Below are positions 44,811 through 59,422 of a DNA stretch of 64,000 nt, piece by piece. Below the pieces are notes generated by a model. It saw only the letters and a program-made list of their open reading frames with translations. It had not been told where the DNA came from and made no database searches. The position numbers were made by a program, and so were the translations under genes. Source of the DNA: the human T2T-CHM13v2.0 reference genome, Homo sapiens; the NCBI RefSeq assembly GCF_009914755.1, contig NC_060927.1; one strand, given 5' to 3'. The first letter of the stretch is position 1. Each line of letters starts with the position of its first letter.

Positions 44811-46264
44811 TCAGTCCTGCTGCTGGATCATCTAGTTAGTGGCTTCTGACTCAGAGGACCTTCATCCCCTGGGGCAGTGGGCCTTCCAGTGATGCCCTTG
44901 ACATAAGGGGCGTGGATGAGGGGGCAGCTTATTTCTATTTGGACAATCTTTTTTAAAGTGTTCTTGTAGACCACACTGGAAGCAAGCCTTATTAGGCATT
45001 CAATTTGCCCAGCCTTTCCCTTTTCCAGAGCCTCCAAAGTTCGCTTGCCTGAGGGCCATGACTAAAGTGGTGGCCTTTTTTAAATCCCATTTGTCCCATT
45101 CCACCTGCTTCTCCTGATCTCTATTATAAAAAACCAAGGTTACCAAGTTCAATAGGGTTTTTAAGTTTTGCTCCGGGCCTAAGGCAGGCTTTTGAAGTTT
45201 TTTTCTAATGTCTGCAGCTGACTGAGTGATAAACTTATCCTTTAAGATTAGTTGGCCTTCAATAGAGTCAGGTGACAGGGAGGTATGCTTCCTCAATGCC
45301 TCCCTTAGTCTCACCAGAAAGGCGGTAGGATTTTCTTCCTTTCCATGTGTTACAGTGGACATCATTGAATAATTCACAGGCTTCTTTCTAGTTTTCCTTA
45401 GTCCTTCTAGCACGCAAGTTAGCAAATGTCTGCGGCACCAATTTCCATGTTCTGATTCTGTGTCCCAATGAGGGTCTACACTGGGAACTGCCTGCTGGCC
45501 TGTGGGGAATTGTTCTTTCCTCTGTTGTCATCCTATCATTGACCTGACTGAGATACCAGAGATCGCCAAACTCGCGGGCTCCAGTTATGGCATCACTTCT
45601 CTCATTTGGGGTTAATGTCGGATTTAGCAGTAACATTATATCTCTCCATGTCAGATCAAAGGATTGTCCTAACCCTTGTAAAACATCAATATAGCCATCT
45701 GGGTTATCTGAGAATTTACATAGGTCTATTTTAATTTGCTATAAGTATGAGAGAGAAAAAGGTACATGCACTCTGGCTGGGCTGAATTCTCCTCCTCCTA
45801 CTGCTTGGAGGGGGCATAATAGGGAAATATTGGCACTCTTTGGTTCATTGTTTACCCCTTTGTTTATCTCCTTTTGGACCGTTTGGGTTGAAGGGGGGTT
45901 CTTATTAGTTGGGGAAGGAGTCGGGGGGACACTGGGGTAGGGAAGTAGACTCCGAGGGCTTCCTGTAGGGCATAAATCACACTTTTTACATAATTGTGAG
46001 TTGTCTGTTAATGAAAAGAAAGTTTGTACATGTGGCACTTCACTCCATTTGCCTTCTTTCTACAAAAGAGGTCTAGCTGTAAGATGGTGTTATAATTTAT
46101 ACTTCCCTCAGGAAGGCAGGTTTCTCTTGAAGAGGATATCATGGCCAGGTGGTACTGCAGAAGAAAATAAGTCATTTCTTTCTTAGCGTCTGAGGGTCAA
46201 ATTGGTCCCAATTCTCCAGAATACATCTTAGGGTTGTTTTTGCCTTGGGGGGAATGCTTCCCAT
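44811..46264 (-). pseudogene. HERV-W gag, disrupted
   Basis: ATG GGA AGC ATT CCC at 46264; ORF fragments AREFGDLWYLSQVND, GKEENPTAFL, LKDKFITQSAADIRKKLQK; TGA at 44811 after QQQD. Confidence 0.9.
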
Positions 46265-47384
46265 CAGAAAAAAGAACATAGGGATGCCAGCACCCCTAGT
46301 CATTTTCTGATGAGCATTAGTCCTAGAGCGTCCTCTATGGTCCTAGTGCTTATTCCTTTCCAGGGTGCGTAACCACCCATGGACCTCTGCTTATTGGATT
46401 AGTTATGCTCACCGATGTAGCAGTCCTGCACCTGTTTTCCCACCTTTCTTGACCACAGAGAAAGGGGTCCGGGCTGCTGGTTTCTAGTGGTACTTTACCA
46501 GCATGCCCAACATTGCCTTTGTGCTCAGGGGTGAGTCCTAGAGCTGGGCTGGGCTCCTGAGTATTTCATAACAACCCAGTTTGCCCCATCAAGATGCATT
46601 CTCATAAACAGTTCTTATGCAGATTCATTTCAGAGAGGGTGTAGGTAACTTTTTGAGTCAGGATTGAGATAAAGTTTTTTGATTCTGTAAGTACTTTAAG
46701 GCTTGGCTGAGTGCAAACAGATCCAACGTTTGAGCAGACCAATTATTAGGCAGTTCTCCTAACTCTGCTTCCACAAGAGTCTCCTTATCAATTACTGAAT
46801 ACCCATTGTGGTTTTTTTCTCAATCACCTGGGAGAAACCATCTATTGTCCTGTCCTGAAGGGAATTCCTCCTAGGTCTTGTCAGATCTTTGTACGGTAAT
46901 TAAGATTTAAATCCCCTGTTAGGAAATCTGCTGGGTTAAGGGAATTATCAGTGGTTGGTGTTAAATTACCTTTTTCTAACAGAATAGCCCCATACTTTAA
47001 GATTTTTGAGTTAGTAAGCTACCTTTTTGCTTTTTTGACTTAGAATAATTCTGAACTGGTGAGGTGTGCTCACAATGAGGTTTCCTCTAAAAGTTACTTT
47101 TCTACTTTCTTCTGTTAGCAAAGCAGTTGCTGCTACAGATTGAATGCATTTGGGCCATCCGTGGGTTACTGGGTTAAGGATTTTTGATAGGAAGGCTATG
47201 GGTTGTCAGTGGTCTCAGTGTTTTTTTCAGGTTACGTCCTTGTTTACACTGACAACAAGGTAGTATTGGAGTGTTATAGGGTCACAGAGAAGACCTTCAA
47301 TTATCAATTTTAGGTTTTAAATTTACCCTGGCTTTTAAAGGTGTAGGGCACACTGGGTTTTTTTAATTTTATTTTATTTTATTT

Positions 47385-47512
47385 CTATCTTTCTCTTTCT
47401 TTCTCTCTTTGACTCCCTCGTTGTCTCTCTGCCTCTTTCTCCTCTCTGTCTCTCTCTCTCCTCTCTGTCTCTCTCCTCTCTGTCTGTCTCTGTCTGTCTC
47501 TCTCTCTGTCTG

Positions 47513-47546
<34 letters not shown>

Positions 47547-47550
47547 CTTT
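47385..47550. repeat. (CT/GA)-rich low-complexity tract in the HERV-W pre-gag leader
   Basis: Degenerate tctctg/ctct repeats. Confidence 0.9.
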
Positions 47551-48233
47551 TAGCCATTTACAAACTTGGGGCCCTGGCAAGGATGGTGGGGAATGGGTTT
47601 CACATAACTGCCCATGTTGAGAGCTATATACCTAAATCAGGAGGGACACCAGGGACAAGACTCCCTGGGTTTATAGCCTAGATGCCTAAGGATGCAGCCT
47701 AGAGCTTCCTTAGATCCCTTTGGAGATACAACTTGCTAGAGGAAATGAAAGTCTGAACCATTAGTACCTAGGAGGCAGGGATCGGAGGAAGTAGATTCAG
47801 AGGTAAGGAGAATTTTGGGGCTACACTTTCAAGAAAGTCGTGGTTGGGACCCAGGAGGTATGAGTCAGAAGGAAAGGTAGGGGCACACGCATGGGCGGCT
47901 GTTGAATAGAGACTTCTGGCTGTGCCATGATCTCAACAGGCTAATGCTGGGAGTTCGGGATGACAGCTTTCTGCCTCTAGTCAGCCCTCGGCTTCCCCAG
48001 GAAAATTGAAAGTGGAAGCTGGTTCCAGGCAGACCAACGTTCCCAACCCAGAAGGGTTGGGGGTTGTTAGAAAGCCCTTCCCCAAACAGCCTCACACCTT
48101 GAGTCTTAAGTCCGGCAGCCATGCTAATCATTTTTAACCGGCTGACAGGTACCTGGTATTTTCCTCCAATTCTAAGGAAGGATAGGACAGAATAGCAAGC
48201 AAAAGTAGTCCAATATTACTCACTGCTTTGGAG

Positions 48234-48251
48234 ATCCCTTTGTGGTTGCCA
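48234..48251 (-). other. HERV-W primer binding site
   Basis: TGGCAACCACAAAGGGAT, 3 nt after the 5' LTR end; major splice donor GTGAGT at 48223-48218. Confidence 0.85.
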
Positions 48252-48254
48252 AAA

Positions 48255-49035
48255 TGTTACTGGGGGTCCTTGCTTCCAGAGCTCCCAAGATGGTGGCAGG
48301 CCACTTCCAAGATGGTGGCGGGCTGCTTCCAAGATGGTAGCAAGCCTCTTGTTGTCTGACTTGGGGTTCTTGGCCTCACAGATTCCAAAGAATGGAACCT
48401 TGGGCCATGCAGTGAGTGTTAGAGCTCTATTAGAAGCGGTGGGTCACAGAAGAGAGCCGTGGAACCCAGCGACTAGTGTTCAGCTCAATTGGGATGAACC
48501 CGGGCACTTAGCTGTGCAGGAACAATGGCAAGCCTTTAGCCTAATCCAGAGCAGCAATGGGCACCTCGCTGGATCAGGAGCACATGAGACACCCTGCCAG
48601 ATTCGGAGGGGTGGAAGTCAGCGGTGGGTCTGTGACGGCGACAAACAGCAGTGGTGGACGGCGAGTGAAAGCTCAGCTCAAGCTGTAACAAACACGGACC
48701 AGAAGAGTGTGCAGTTGCAAGATTTAATAGAGTGAAAACAGAGCTCCCATAAAATGGGAGGGGACCCAAAGAGGGTAGCCGTTGCCAGCTCGAATGCCTG
48801 GGTTTATATCCTGATCATTTTCCCTCCCTCTGTGCTCTCAGGCAATAGATGATTGGCTATTTCTTTACCTCCTGGTTTTGCCTAATTAGCATTTTAGTGA
48901 GCTCTCTTTACTACCTGTTTGGTCAGGTATGAGCTAAGTTGCAAGCCCCGTGTTTAAAGGTGGATGCGGTCACCTTCCCAGCTAGGCTTAGGGATTCTTA
49001 GTCAGCCTAGAAAATCCAGCTAGTCCTGTCTCTCA
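48255..49035 (-). repeat. HERV-W 5' LTR (LTR17)
   Basis: TG...CA termini; CCAAT at 48852-48856, TATAAA at 48803-48808, ATTAAA at 48723-48728 on minus. Confidence 0.93.
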
Positions 49036-50133
49036 ATGTCTTCTTAGTCTCCTACAGTCTGGGAAAGTTCCTCAGCCTTTTTCATGCTTTAATACTTGAA
49101 AAGTACTAGGCAGTTATTTTGTAGAATGCCCCTAAATCTGTTTGGTGGTGGGATTTTTTTTTTAATTTTCTTCCACTTTTATTTTAAGTTCAGGGGTACA
49201 TGTGCAGGATGTGCAGATTTGTTACACAGGTAAATGTGTCCCATGGTGGTTTGCTGCATGGATCAATCCATCACCTAAGTATTAAGCCTAGCATCCATTA
49301 GCTATTCTTCCTGATGCTCTCCCTTCCCCACCCAGCCTTGTTTGGTGTTTTCTTATGATTATATTAAGGCATATATTTCTGGCAAGAATACCTCAGAAGT
49401 GCTGTTGTGCCCTTAGTACATCATATGCAGGGGTGTATGATGTCATCATATCCCATTACTGGTGATTTTAATTTTGATTACTTGGTTAAAATGATATCTG
49501 CCAAATTTCTTCACTATGAAGTTATTATTTTCCCCTTTGTAAATGATAAGTATCTTATAGTGAGACACACTCTGATATTATGTAATTATCTGTTTCTCAT
49601 ATTTTCATCCTCTAATTTTAATATTCATCAATGATTCTTGCCTGTAACAATTATAACTGGTGCTTGCCAAATGGTGATTTTTGAATTTTCATCATTTTTT
49701 CTACACTTATTACTGCGGGATTCTACAGTAAAGAAGAGCTGTCCCTTTGATACTACTTATTTATTCACTTATTTATATTATTATGGACTCATATTTATTC
49801 TATGGGTTATAACATATTACTATCATTATTTATTTTATTGCTAAAATTGTCCCAGATTTGTCCACTGGGGACACACCTTCAGTTTGGCTCCTGTGTTCTT
49901 TTGATGTGCCCCCATCATTTTAGGGTGCTTTCTTGCTTTCTGGCACCACAAGATATTTTATAATCATCTTGTACTGTCCCTGCTCCAACCCTGGAATCAA
50001 CCATTTCTCCAACGAACCCTGGTTCTTTTATTTAGGAACCAATATCTGAGTACTAGGTGTGCTCATTGCTACTAAGCTGTTATTTTTTCTAGGCCATCTA
50101 GTGGACAGAGGTAGAAAATAGACTTGCACACAC

Positions 50134-50178
<45 letters not shown>

Positions 50179-51780
50179 ATCTATCTATCATGAGTTCATT
50201 CTGGTACCTTTGGTTCCAATCCAAGACCACAGTCTTCATTCTAGTCTTCCCTGTCTTGTGTGTGTGTGTGTGTGTGTGTGTTTTAGACGGAGTCTTGCTC
50301 TGTCACCCAGGCAGTGGCGCCATCTCAGCTCACTGCAACCTCTGCCTCCTGGGTTCAAGCAATTCTCCGCCTCAGCCTCTGGAGTAGCTGGGATTACAGG
50401 CAGGTGCCACCATATCCAGCTAGTTTTTGTATTTTTTAGTAGAGACAGGGTTTCAACATGTTGGCCAGGCTGGTCTTGAACTCCTGACCTCAGGTGATCC
50501 ACCTGCCTTGGCCTCCAAAGTGCTGGGATTACAGGTGTGAGCCACTGTTCCCAGCTTCCCCTGTCCTTTATTGTAACTCCTTTCTCTGACAAAAACCTAG
50601 CTCTTATTATCTACAATATAGTTACTTATTTGCTTAAATATTATACACATAGTTTCAGAACTGCAAATCCATCTCTGCGAGAAACAAATTCACTAACTAG
50701 GGTAACAGTACTTGTGTACAGTTCTTTTCATCTTTAGCTTTACAATATGTAGTTGATATGCTATTTTTCAGTTACTTAGATTAGTCCTTTTCTTCCCCAT
50801 CCTCTTCAATGCAGTTATGATGTTTATTTGTATCACATTAGGTTTATTTGCTGCTGTTTGGATTACTTCTTTGTACTGGTTGGTTTTAGTTAATTACTTA
50901 TTTGGGGATAGGGTGTATGTGAAACCTTACTAAGGTTCTAAAATCAGAATTACACAAAAAGCTATACTCAGAGAACAGTCTCTCCCCTCCCATTCCGTCT
51001 ACCCCATTCCATTCCCTCATTATTTTCACCCATTCCCACCCACTCACCCTCAGAGATAATTAGTCTCATTAGTTTGTGACTTATCCTCCTGTATTTTTTT
51101 CACAAATGAGCAGATACATGTATATTCTTATATCCCCTTTTATTACATGAAGGGCAGCTTACTAGAGATACTCGAGCATTTTGCTTTCTTCACTTACCAA
51201 TATGGTCTGGAAATCATTCCATATCAATGAATAGACATTTTCCTCATTCTTTTTTACAGCTGCATAATGTCACTTTTTATTTTTGAGATAGTCTCACCCT
51301 ATCGCCTAGGCTGGAGGGCAGTGGAGCATTCATAGCTCATGGCAGCTTCAATCTCCTGGGCTCAAGTGACTCTCTTGCTTTAGCCTCCCAAGTAGCTGGG
51401 ACTAACAGCATGCATCACTACACCTGGTTAATTATTTTATATTTTGTAGAGATGGGTCTTATTTTGTTGGCCAGGCTGGTGTTGAATTCCTGGGCTCAAG
51501 CAATCCTCCTGCCTCAGCTTCCCAAAGTGCTGGGATTACAGGTGTGAGGCACTGCACCAGTTCTAGTATTGCACTGAGTGGCTATAACACTGTTTATTCA
51601 ACCAGCCTCCTATGTATATGGATATTTAGGTTTTTTCCCAATATTTTGTGATACAATCAATGCTGCAGTGTGAATAACCTTGTACACATGTATTTTCTTA
51701 CTGTTGGAAGTGTGTCTTCGGGATAAATTCCCAAAGTGGGATTGCTAAATTAAAAAGTAAGTGTATACATAGTTTTTTAA
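49036..51780 (-). mobile_element. L1MC4-like element (continuing 40920-41127 across the provirus) with nested L1PA fragment (about 49160-49335), (TCTA)n, (TG)n and Alus at 50281-50555 and 51272-51560
   Basis: The pre-insertion sequence gttgtcatgt|cttcttagtctcc resembles the L1MC4-like stretch at about 9300; Alu and L1PA consensus matches. Confidence 0.65.
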
Positions 51781-52968
<1,188 letters not shown>

Positions 52969-53649
52969 GGTATTGCCAAATTGTCCTTCAGAAAGGTTGT
53001 GCCAGTTTGCATGCCCATCAGCAATGTATGAAAGAGCTTGTTTCCCCACAGCCTCATCAACAAAATGTGCCAATGTGATAGGTGAGAAATGTCACAGTAT
53101 TGCTGTAATTAGCATTTCAGCAAATTTTGAGTGAGTTTGAAGATTTTTTTCATTGAATGGCATACTTTTACAAGTTATATTTTCTAATTGTTTTGGGTTT
53201 ACAGAAATGCAATTGACTTTTATGTATTCACATTATACGCAGCTACCTTGCTAAGCTCTCCTATTGTTTCTGATTCTCTGTGGATTCTTTGGGGTTTTCT
53301 TTTCTTTTCAATCTTTATGTCTTTAATTTCTCTTTCTTATCTCATTGCACTGGCTAGGGCCACCAGTATAATGTCAAATAAGTAATTGTGGGCATCTTTG
53401 TCTTCCCTCTGATTTTAAAAGGGATACTTTTAATGTTTCCTTTTTAGGATTTTTTTTTTTGTGGAGGGGATAGTTTTTTCGTTATTAAATTTTTTCATTT
53501 TTCTTAGGATTTTTCTTTAAAAATCACAAATTGTTGAATTTTATCAAATGCGTTTTCTGCATCTATAAACATGATCATATGGTTTTCTCCATTGATCTAT
53601 TAAGTATTGATCTATTACTTATATAAATATAAGTATTTATATATTATCT

Positions 53650-53948
53650 AGGCCAGGCACAGTGGCTCAGGAGCCTGTAATCCCAGCACCTTGGGAGGCC
53701 AGGGCAGGCGGATCACCCAAGGTCAGGAGTTCAAGACCAGCCTGGCCAACATGGTGAAACCCCGTCTCTACTAAAAAATACAAAAATTAGCCAGGCGTGG
53801 TGGTGCATGCCTGTAATCCCAGCTACTCAGGAGGCTGAGGCAGGAGAATTGCTTAAATCCAGGAGGCGGAGGTTGCAGTGAGCTGAGATGGCATCACTGC
53901 ACTCCAGGCTGGGTGACAAGAGTGAGACTCTGTCTCAAAAAAAAAAAG
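53650..53948 (+). mobile_element. Alu (S-type) followed by a (TA)-rich microsatellite to 54048
   Basis: Alu consensus; tatatatatttatatatacaca repeats. Confidence 0.9.
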
Positions 53949-54100
53949 TATATATATATACATATATATATTTATATATACACATATATATTTATATATA
54001 CACATATATATTTATATATATACATATATATTTATATATATATTTATATTTTCTAATAGTAAAACCATCTTTGCATTTCTGGTTAAAACTGTTTTTAACT

Positions 54101-54362
54101 GGCTGTGCATGGTGGCAGATTGCCAAGGCAAGCAGATTGCTTGAGCTCAGGAGTTCCAGACCAACCTGGGCAACACAACAAGACCTCGTCTCTACAAAAA
54201 ATATAAAAATTAGCCAGGTGTGGTGGGTGCACCTGTAGTCTCAGCTACTCAAGGAGGCTGAGGTGGGAAGATTGCTTGAGCCTGGGAGGTCAAGGCTGCT
54301 GTAAGCCGAGACTGTGCCACTGCACCCTAGCCTAGGTGACCAAGTGAGACACTGTCTCAAAG
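54101..54362 (+). mobile_element. Alu (J-like) with internal deletion
   Basis: Alu consensus, TSD-like aaaactgt. Confidence 0.8.
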
Positions 54363-55476
54363 ATAAAACTGTCTTTACTATGATATATTTTTCTCTCAAT
54401 GTACTATTAAATTTGATTTACTAACATTGTATTTAGAGTTTTTTGCATCCATTTTTGTGAATGAAATGTATCTGTGATTTCCTTTTTGTACTGTAATTTT
54501 CTAGTTGTGCTATCAAAGTTAAAATTCTTTGGGAGTATATATGTTTGCCTATTCCCTGAAAAAAAATTATATAAATTGGACTTCCTTTGTGGGAAGATTT
54601 TTTTACTTCTACTTTAATTTAGTCATTATAGAACTTTTAAGACTTTCTATTTATTCTTAAATCTGTTTTGAGTAATTTTGTTTTAGAAATTTAATTCACC
54701 TAAGTTTTTAAATTCATTGGCATAAAGTTGATGTTAGTATCCAGTTAATATTTTCAGTCTTGCTATATCTGTATATTCCTTTTTGCATATATAAAAGACT
54801 TATTTGTATCTTCTTTTTTATTTTATTTTTTACATAATTTCACTAAAGATTTGTCTATCTTATTAATCTATTCAAGGAACTAATTTTGAACTTTGTTGAT
54901 TCCCTTTCTTATACTTTTGTTTCTAGTTCCTTAATTTTTGTCTTAACTTTACTACGTTCTTCCTTTACTTTCTTTAGATTTATTCTTTTGTGTTTTTTCC
55001 CACTTCTTATGATGGTTGTTTAGTTGATTAATTTTCAGTCTTTCTGATTTTCTGTTATAAAGCACTTAAAGCTATAAACTTGCCACAAGTACCACTTTTT
55101 ATACCACCCATATGTTTTGATATGTTATGGTTCTTACTGTCACTTATTTGTAAATATTTTTAAACTCCCACCATGATTTCTTCTTTAACTTGTATTCACA
55201 AGTTTTTTTTTTAACTTAAAAACATATGGAGTTATCTCTATCTCTATCATCTCTATCTCTATCTTCATTCTATCCTCGTGGGTTAGAAGACTCAATATTG
55301 TTGTTAAGATATAAATTCTTCTCCACTATAGATTCAATACAATCTCAATGATTGTATTTATTTAATACAATCAATATTTGAATTTGCTTACATTTTTCCC
55401 ATTTTTACCACTCATTATTACATCTCCAGCTGTCCTCCAGAGATCATTTTCCTTCTTATCTTTCATTTATTTATTT

Positions 55477-55581
55477 AAATATGGAACACTTTACAAATTT
55501 GTGTGTCATCCTTGTGCAGAGGTCATGCTAATCTTCTCTATATCGTTCCAATTTTAGTATATGTGCTACCGAAGCCAGCAC
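55477..55581 (-). pseudogene. U6 snRNA retropseudogene (full length)
   Basis: Minus strand GTGCTGGCTTCGGTAGCACATATACTAAAATTGGAACGATATAGAGAAGATTAGCATG...TTCCATATTT, decayed A tail, TSD ccttcttatcttt at 55451-55463 and 55582-55594; ACAGAGA box mutated to ATAGAGA. Confidence 0.95.
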
Positions 55582-55608
55582 CCTTCTTATCTTTTAAAAG
55601 TTCAATCA

Positions 55609-55909
<301 letters not shown>

Positions 55910-56033
55910 TCAATCAAATCAGGTCTCTTACTGTGTGTTCTCTCAATTTCTTGTTATCTCTATAATTACCTTTATTTTACCCTAGTTCTTGACAGACAAT
56001 TTTGCTGGGTATACAATTCTATGTGGTCTATAA

Positions 56034-56345
<312 letters not shown>

Positions 56346-57728
56346 CACCTGCTTCTAACAGGAGACTGCTGAGGCTCTTCATTAGTCAGTGGCCTGCCTT
56401 CTCTCCAGCTGATTTTCAAGATCTTTTCTTTGTCATTGGTGTCCTGCAGCTTCATTGCAATGTGTCTAGCCATGGTTTTCTTTTTTATTTATCGTGCCTA
56501 AGTTACATTTCCTGGATCTAAGAATTTGTTTTAAAAGTTTTAGAAAACGTATTGTTTTTATTTCGTCTCCATTTCTCCTTGTGGGCTTCCAATTTGATAC
56601 ATGTTAAATCTTCTATCTACCAAGTCTCTTTACCTCTCTCTCACATTTCAGCAATTTATTCCAGTTCACTGATTCTTTGTGTCAAATTTGTTTAACTTTC
56701 CTCTTAGTGTTTTTATCTCAACAACAACAACTTGCCGTTCAACAAGCTTTCATTTTTAAAAGTTCATAATCTTCCTTCCAAAAGTGTCTGCTTTTTCCTG
56801 ATTGTTGTTTTAAGTTCATTTTCGTAATTACAACCTTTAAATCCTTAAAAAGTTCATACAATAGCTGTTCTAAATTTTGTATCTGACAGTTTCAACATCT
56901 GCAGTCTAAAAGTCTGTGGTTTCTGGATTCTGTCGACTTGTAGAGTGGCTTGCCTTCTCAAGCTATAATCTCTTTGCTTGATGTACCTCCGTGAGAGTCT
57001 TGCAGAATCAACTTGAAGAAATTTTCCTTTAGAGAAGGCTCGCTTCTGCCTCTGCTCTGAGCCAAGGGGTGCCCCGCACCAGGAACTGTTACCCCTTCTG
57101 AGAGTTTTGGCTCAAAACAGAGTTTTAAGCTTAGTTTCCCCTCCTTGCTGCTGTTGCAAGGTAATATGCTGACAGTCAGTACTGCTCACCTTCCTCCTTC
57201 CCCACTCCTGCCTTTCCAGTTTGGCTCCATGCTGCACTGCCTCACCACTGCACCAGCCTTGGTGCCCCATCTCTGTGGCCCAGGCTTCCAGCCTCCCACC
57301 TTGGGCCCACCTCCTGGCTACAGCCGACGATGCAGATCTTTGTTTGTTTTTGAAGAAAAGGTCCCTAGAGACCTCTCCTACCTTTTGCAAGACCACTGGT
57401 GTCTCAGTGTGTGTGTAAACAAAAAGCTTGAGTTGTGGGGAAGTTGTAGGAGAGTTCCTAAGAACTTAGTCCTTCATGACAACAGAAGCACAGCATTTTC
57501 TAAAACATTAAAAATCTCAATTACACTAAAACTCCAGGATGGTTGGGCCAGGGGGGAATAAATCATGTTAACTAAGAAAGCAAGGGAGGGAACTACTGAG
57601 AACGTCAAGGTTGGAATCCATATTGCTTCAAGCCAGAGGCCAGTTCCTAGTCGGTGGCTCCCATGCTGGTCTCTGATGTTTAGGAAGTGGTGTCAGCAGA
57701 GACTGAGCTGCACCCTTTCTTTGGACAG

Positions 57729-58244
57729 ATGGCAGGAGAGGAGAACTTCAAGGAAGAGCTCAGATCCCAGGATGCTTCCAGGAACTTGAACCAGCATGAG
57801 GTAGCAGGACATCCACATTCCTGGTCTCTGGAGATGCTGTTACGCAGATTGAGGGCTGTCCACACCAAGCAGGATGACAAGTTTGCCAACCTCCTGGATG
57901 CGGTGGGGGAGTTTGGCACATTCCAGCAGAGGCTAGTAGCCCTCACCTTTATCCCCAGCATCATGTCGGCCTTCTTCATGTTTGCTGACCACTTCGTGTT
58001 CACAGCCCAGAAGCCCTATTGCAATACCAGCTGGATCCTGGCAGTGGGCCCCCACCTGTCCAAAGCTGAGCAGCTGAATCTGACCATACCCCAAGCACCC
58101 AATGGCAGTTTCCTGACATGCTTCATGTACCTTCCTGTGCCTTGGAATCTGGATTCTATCATCCAGTTTGGCCTCAATGACACAGACACATGCCAAGATG
58201 GGTGGATCTATCCTGACGCTAAGAAGCGATCGCTGATCAATGAG
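57729..58244 (+). CDS. SLC22A14: SLC22A14 (OCTL2, testis SLC22 transporter) first coding exon
   Basis: ctttctttggacag|ATG: MAGEENFKEELRSQD...VGEFGTFQQRL...SLINE|gtatgt; 516 nt; paralogous to SLC22A13 exon 1 with an N-terminal extension. Confidence 0.95.
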
Positions 58245-58955
58245 GTATGTCTTGTCATGGGTTGTCTGTAACTACCCTACAGGCTCAGAGTTGTGCCTCC
58301 CACCCTCACTGAATGGGTGGGGAAACCGAAGCTCAGAGATGGGAAGCCATTGGCCTGAGGTCAACCTGCAGAGGCAGGGTCTGGGCAGAAAATTAGATTC
58401 CTGTTGCCCAGCCCTGGCCCTGCCTATCTATAGAGTACATTTGGGGTAGAGATGGGTGCTGCATGGCAGGGTTTTCCATCTGTCCAAGAAATCGCTCCTG
58501 TAGTTGTGGTTCTGACCTCAGAACTCACAAAAAATAGGGCTCGGGGAAAGAAGCAGCTTTGATCAGGCATCTCTTACGGGGCTTCCCAACCCGAGCTGCA
58601 ATCTAGGCCCTTTACAACACAGACCGCCCTAGCATGAATCTGCAGGTTGGGCCTAGCACCTGCCTTTGGGAAAGGGTCTGCACTGATTCCTGCCTTTGCT
58701 CAGCTACCCCCTACCCCACACACACATCTTGGCCTATGCCTCTGGTCACTCTCTCCAGGCCCAGCTCTCAGGGTGGAGCAGGTGCCAGAGGGGTTGCAGA
58801 GGTAACAGAGCAGAGGCAACAGCTGAGGCACGCTGCACACTGTTAACTGCCCCTACCCCAGGTCCCCTTGGCCTATAGGTCCCACGCTGGGATGAGTCTC
58901 AGTCTCTGGACCCAAAGGTGGGCACCCGTGGCCAATCTCTGTGTCTGACCCACAG

Positions 58956-59059
58956 TTTGACTTGGTATGTGGCATGGAGACGAAGAAGGACACTGCACAG
59001 ATCATGTTCATGGCAGGGCTCCCGATAGGCTCTCTCATCTTCAGGCTCATAACTGACAA
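58956..59059 (+). CDS. SLC22A14: SLC22A14 second coding exon
   Basis: FDLVCGMETKKDTAQIMFMAGLPIGSLIFRLITDK|gtgagt; 104 nt. Confidence 0.95.
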
Positions 59060-59267
59060 GTGAGTCCCCGGGAGTTTCTGCTGGTCCCCGAGCCATCCCA
59101 ACTCCTCCTCATGGGCATTCAGGGTTGGAGTGTGTCAGGCTGAGGGAGGTGAGGGTAGGTGTTCTCCAGGGACCCATGGATGGCTCAGGGCCTGGCCCAG
59201 GTGTATCCGGCTGGGGCCAGCCCGGGAGATCCCGGCACTTGGTGCAGCCTCCCTTTGACACCTGTAG

Positions 59268-59422
59268 GATGGGCCGCTACCCTGCCATCCTGCTGTCACT
59301 GCTGGGGCTGATCATCTTCGGCTTTGGGACAGCCTTCATGAACAGCTTTCACCTGTATTTGTTCTTTCGCTTTGGCATCTCGCAGTCAGTGGTGGGCTAC
59401 GCCATCAGCAGCATTTCTTTGG
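59268..59422 (+). CDS. SLC22A14: SLC22A14 third coding exon
   Basis: MGRYPAILLSLLGL...AISSISL|gtgaga; 155 nt. Confidence 0.95.

Noticed and set aside
47369-47681. RE-rich and LS-rich ORFs
   Set aside because: Translations of the HERV-W leader (GA)n tract
55477-55581. Functional U6 snRNA gene
   Set aside because: TSD and A tail indicate retroposition; ACAGAGA box mutated; upstream sequence is an Alu with no PSE/TATA
57687-57728. Upstream extension of the SLC22A14 ORF in the ORF track
   Set aside because: Starts at a GTG within the intron before the acceptor; the ATG at 57729 is the likely start
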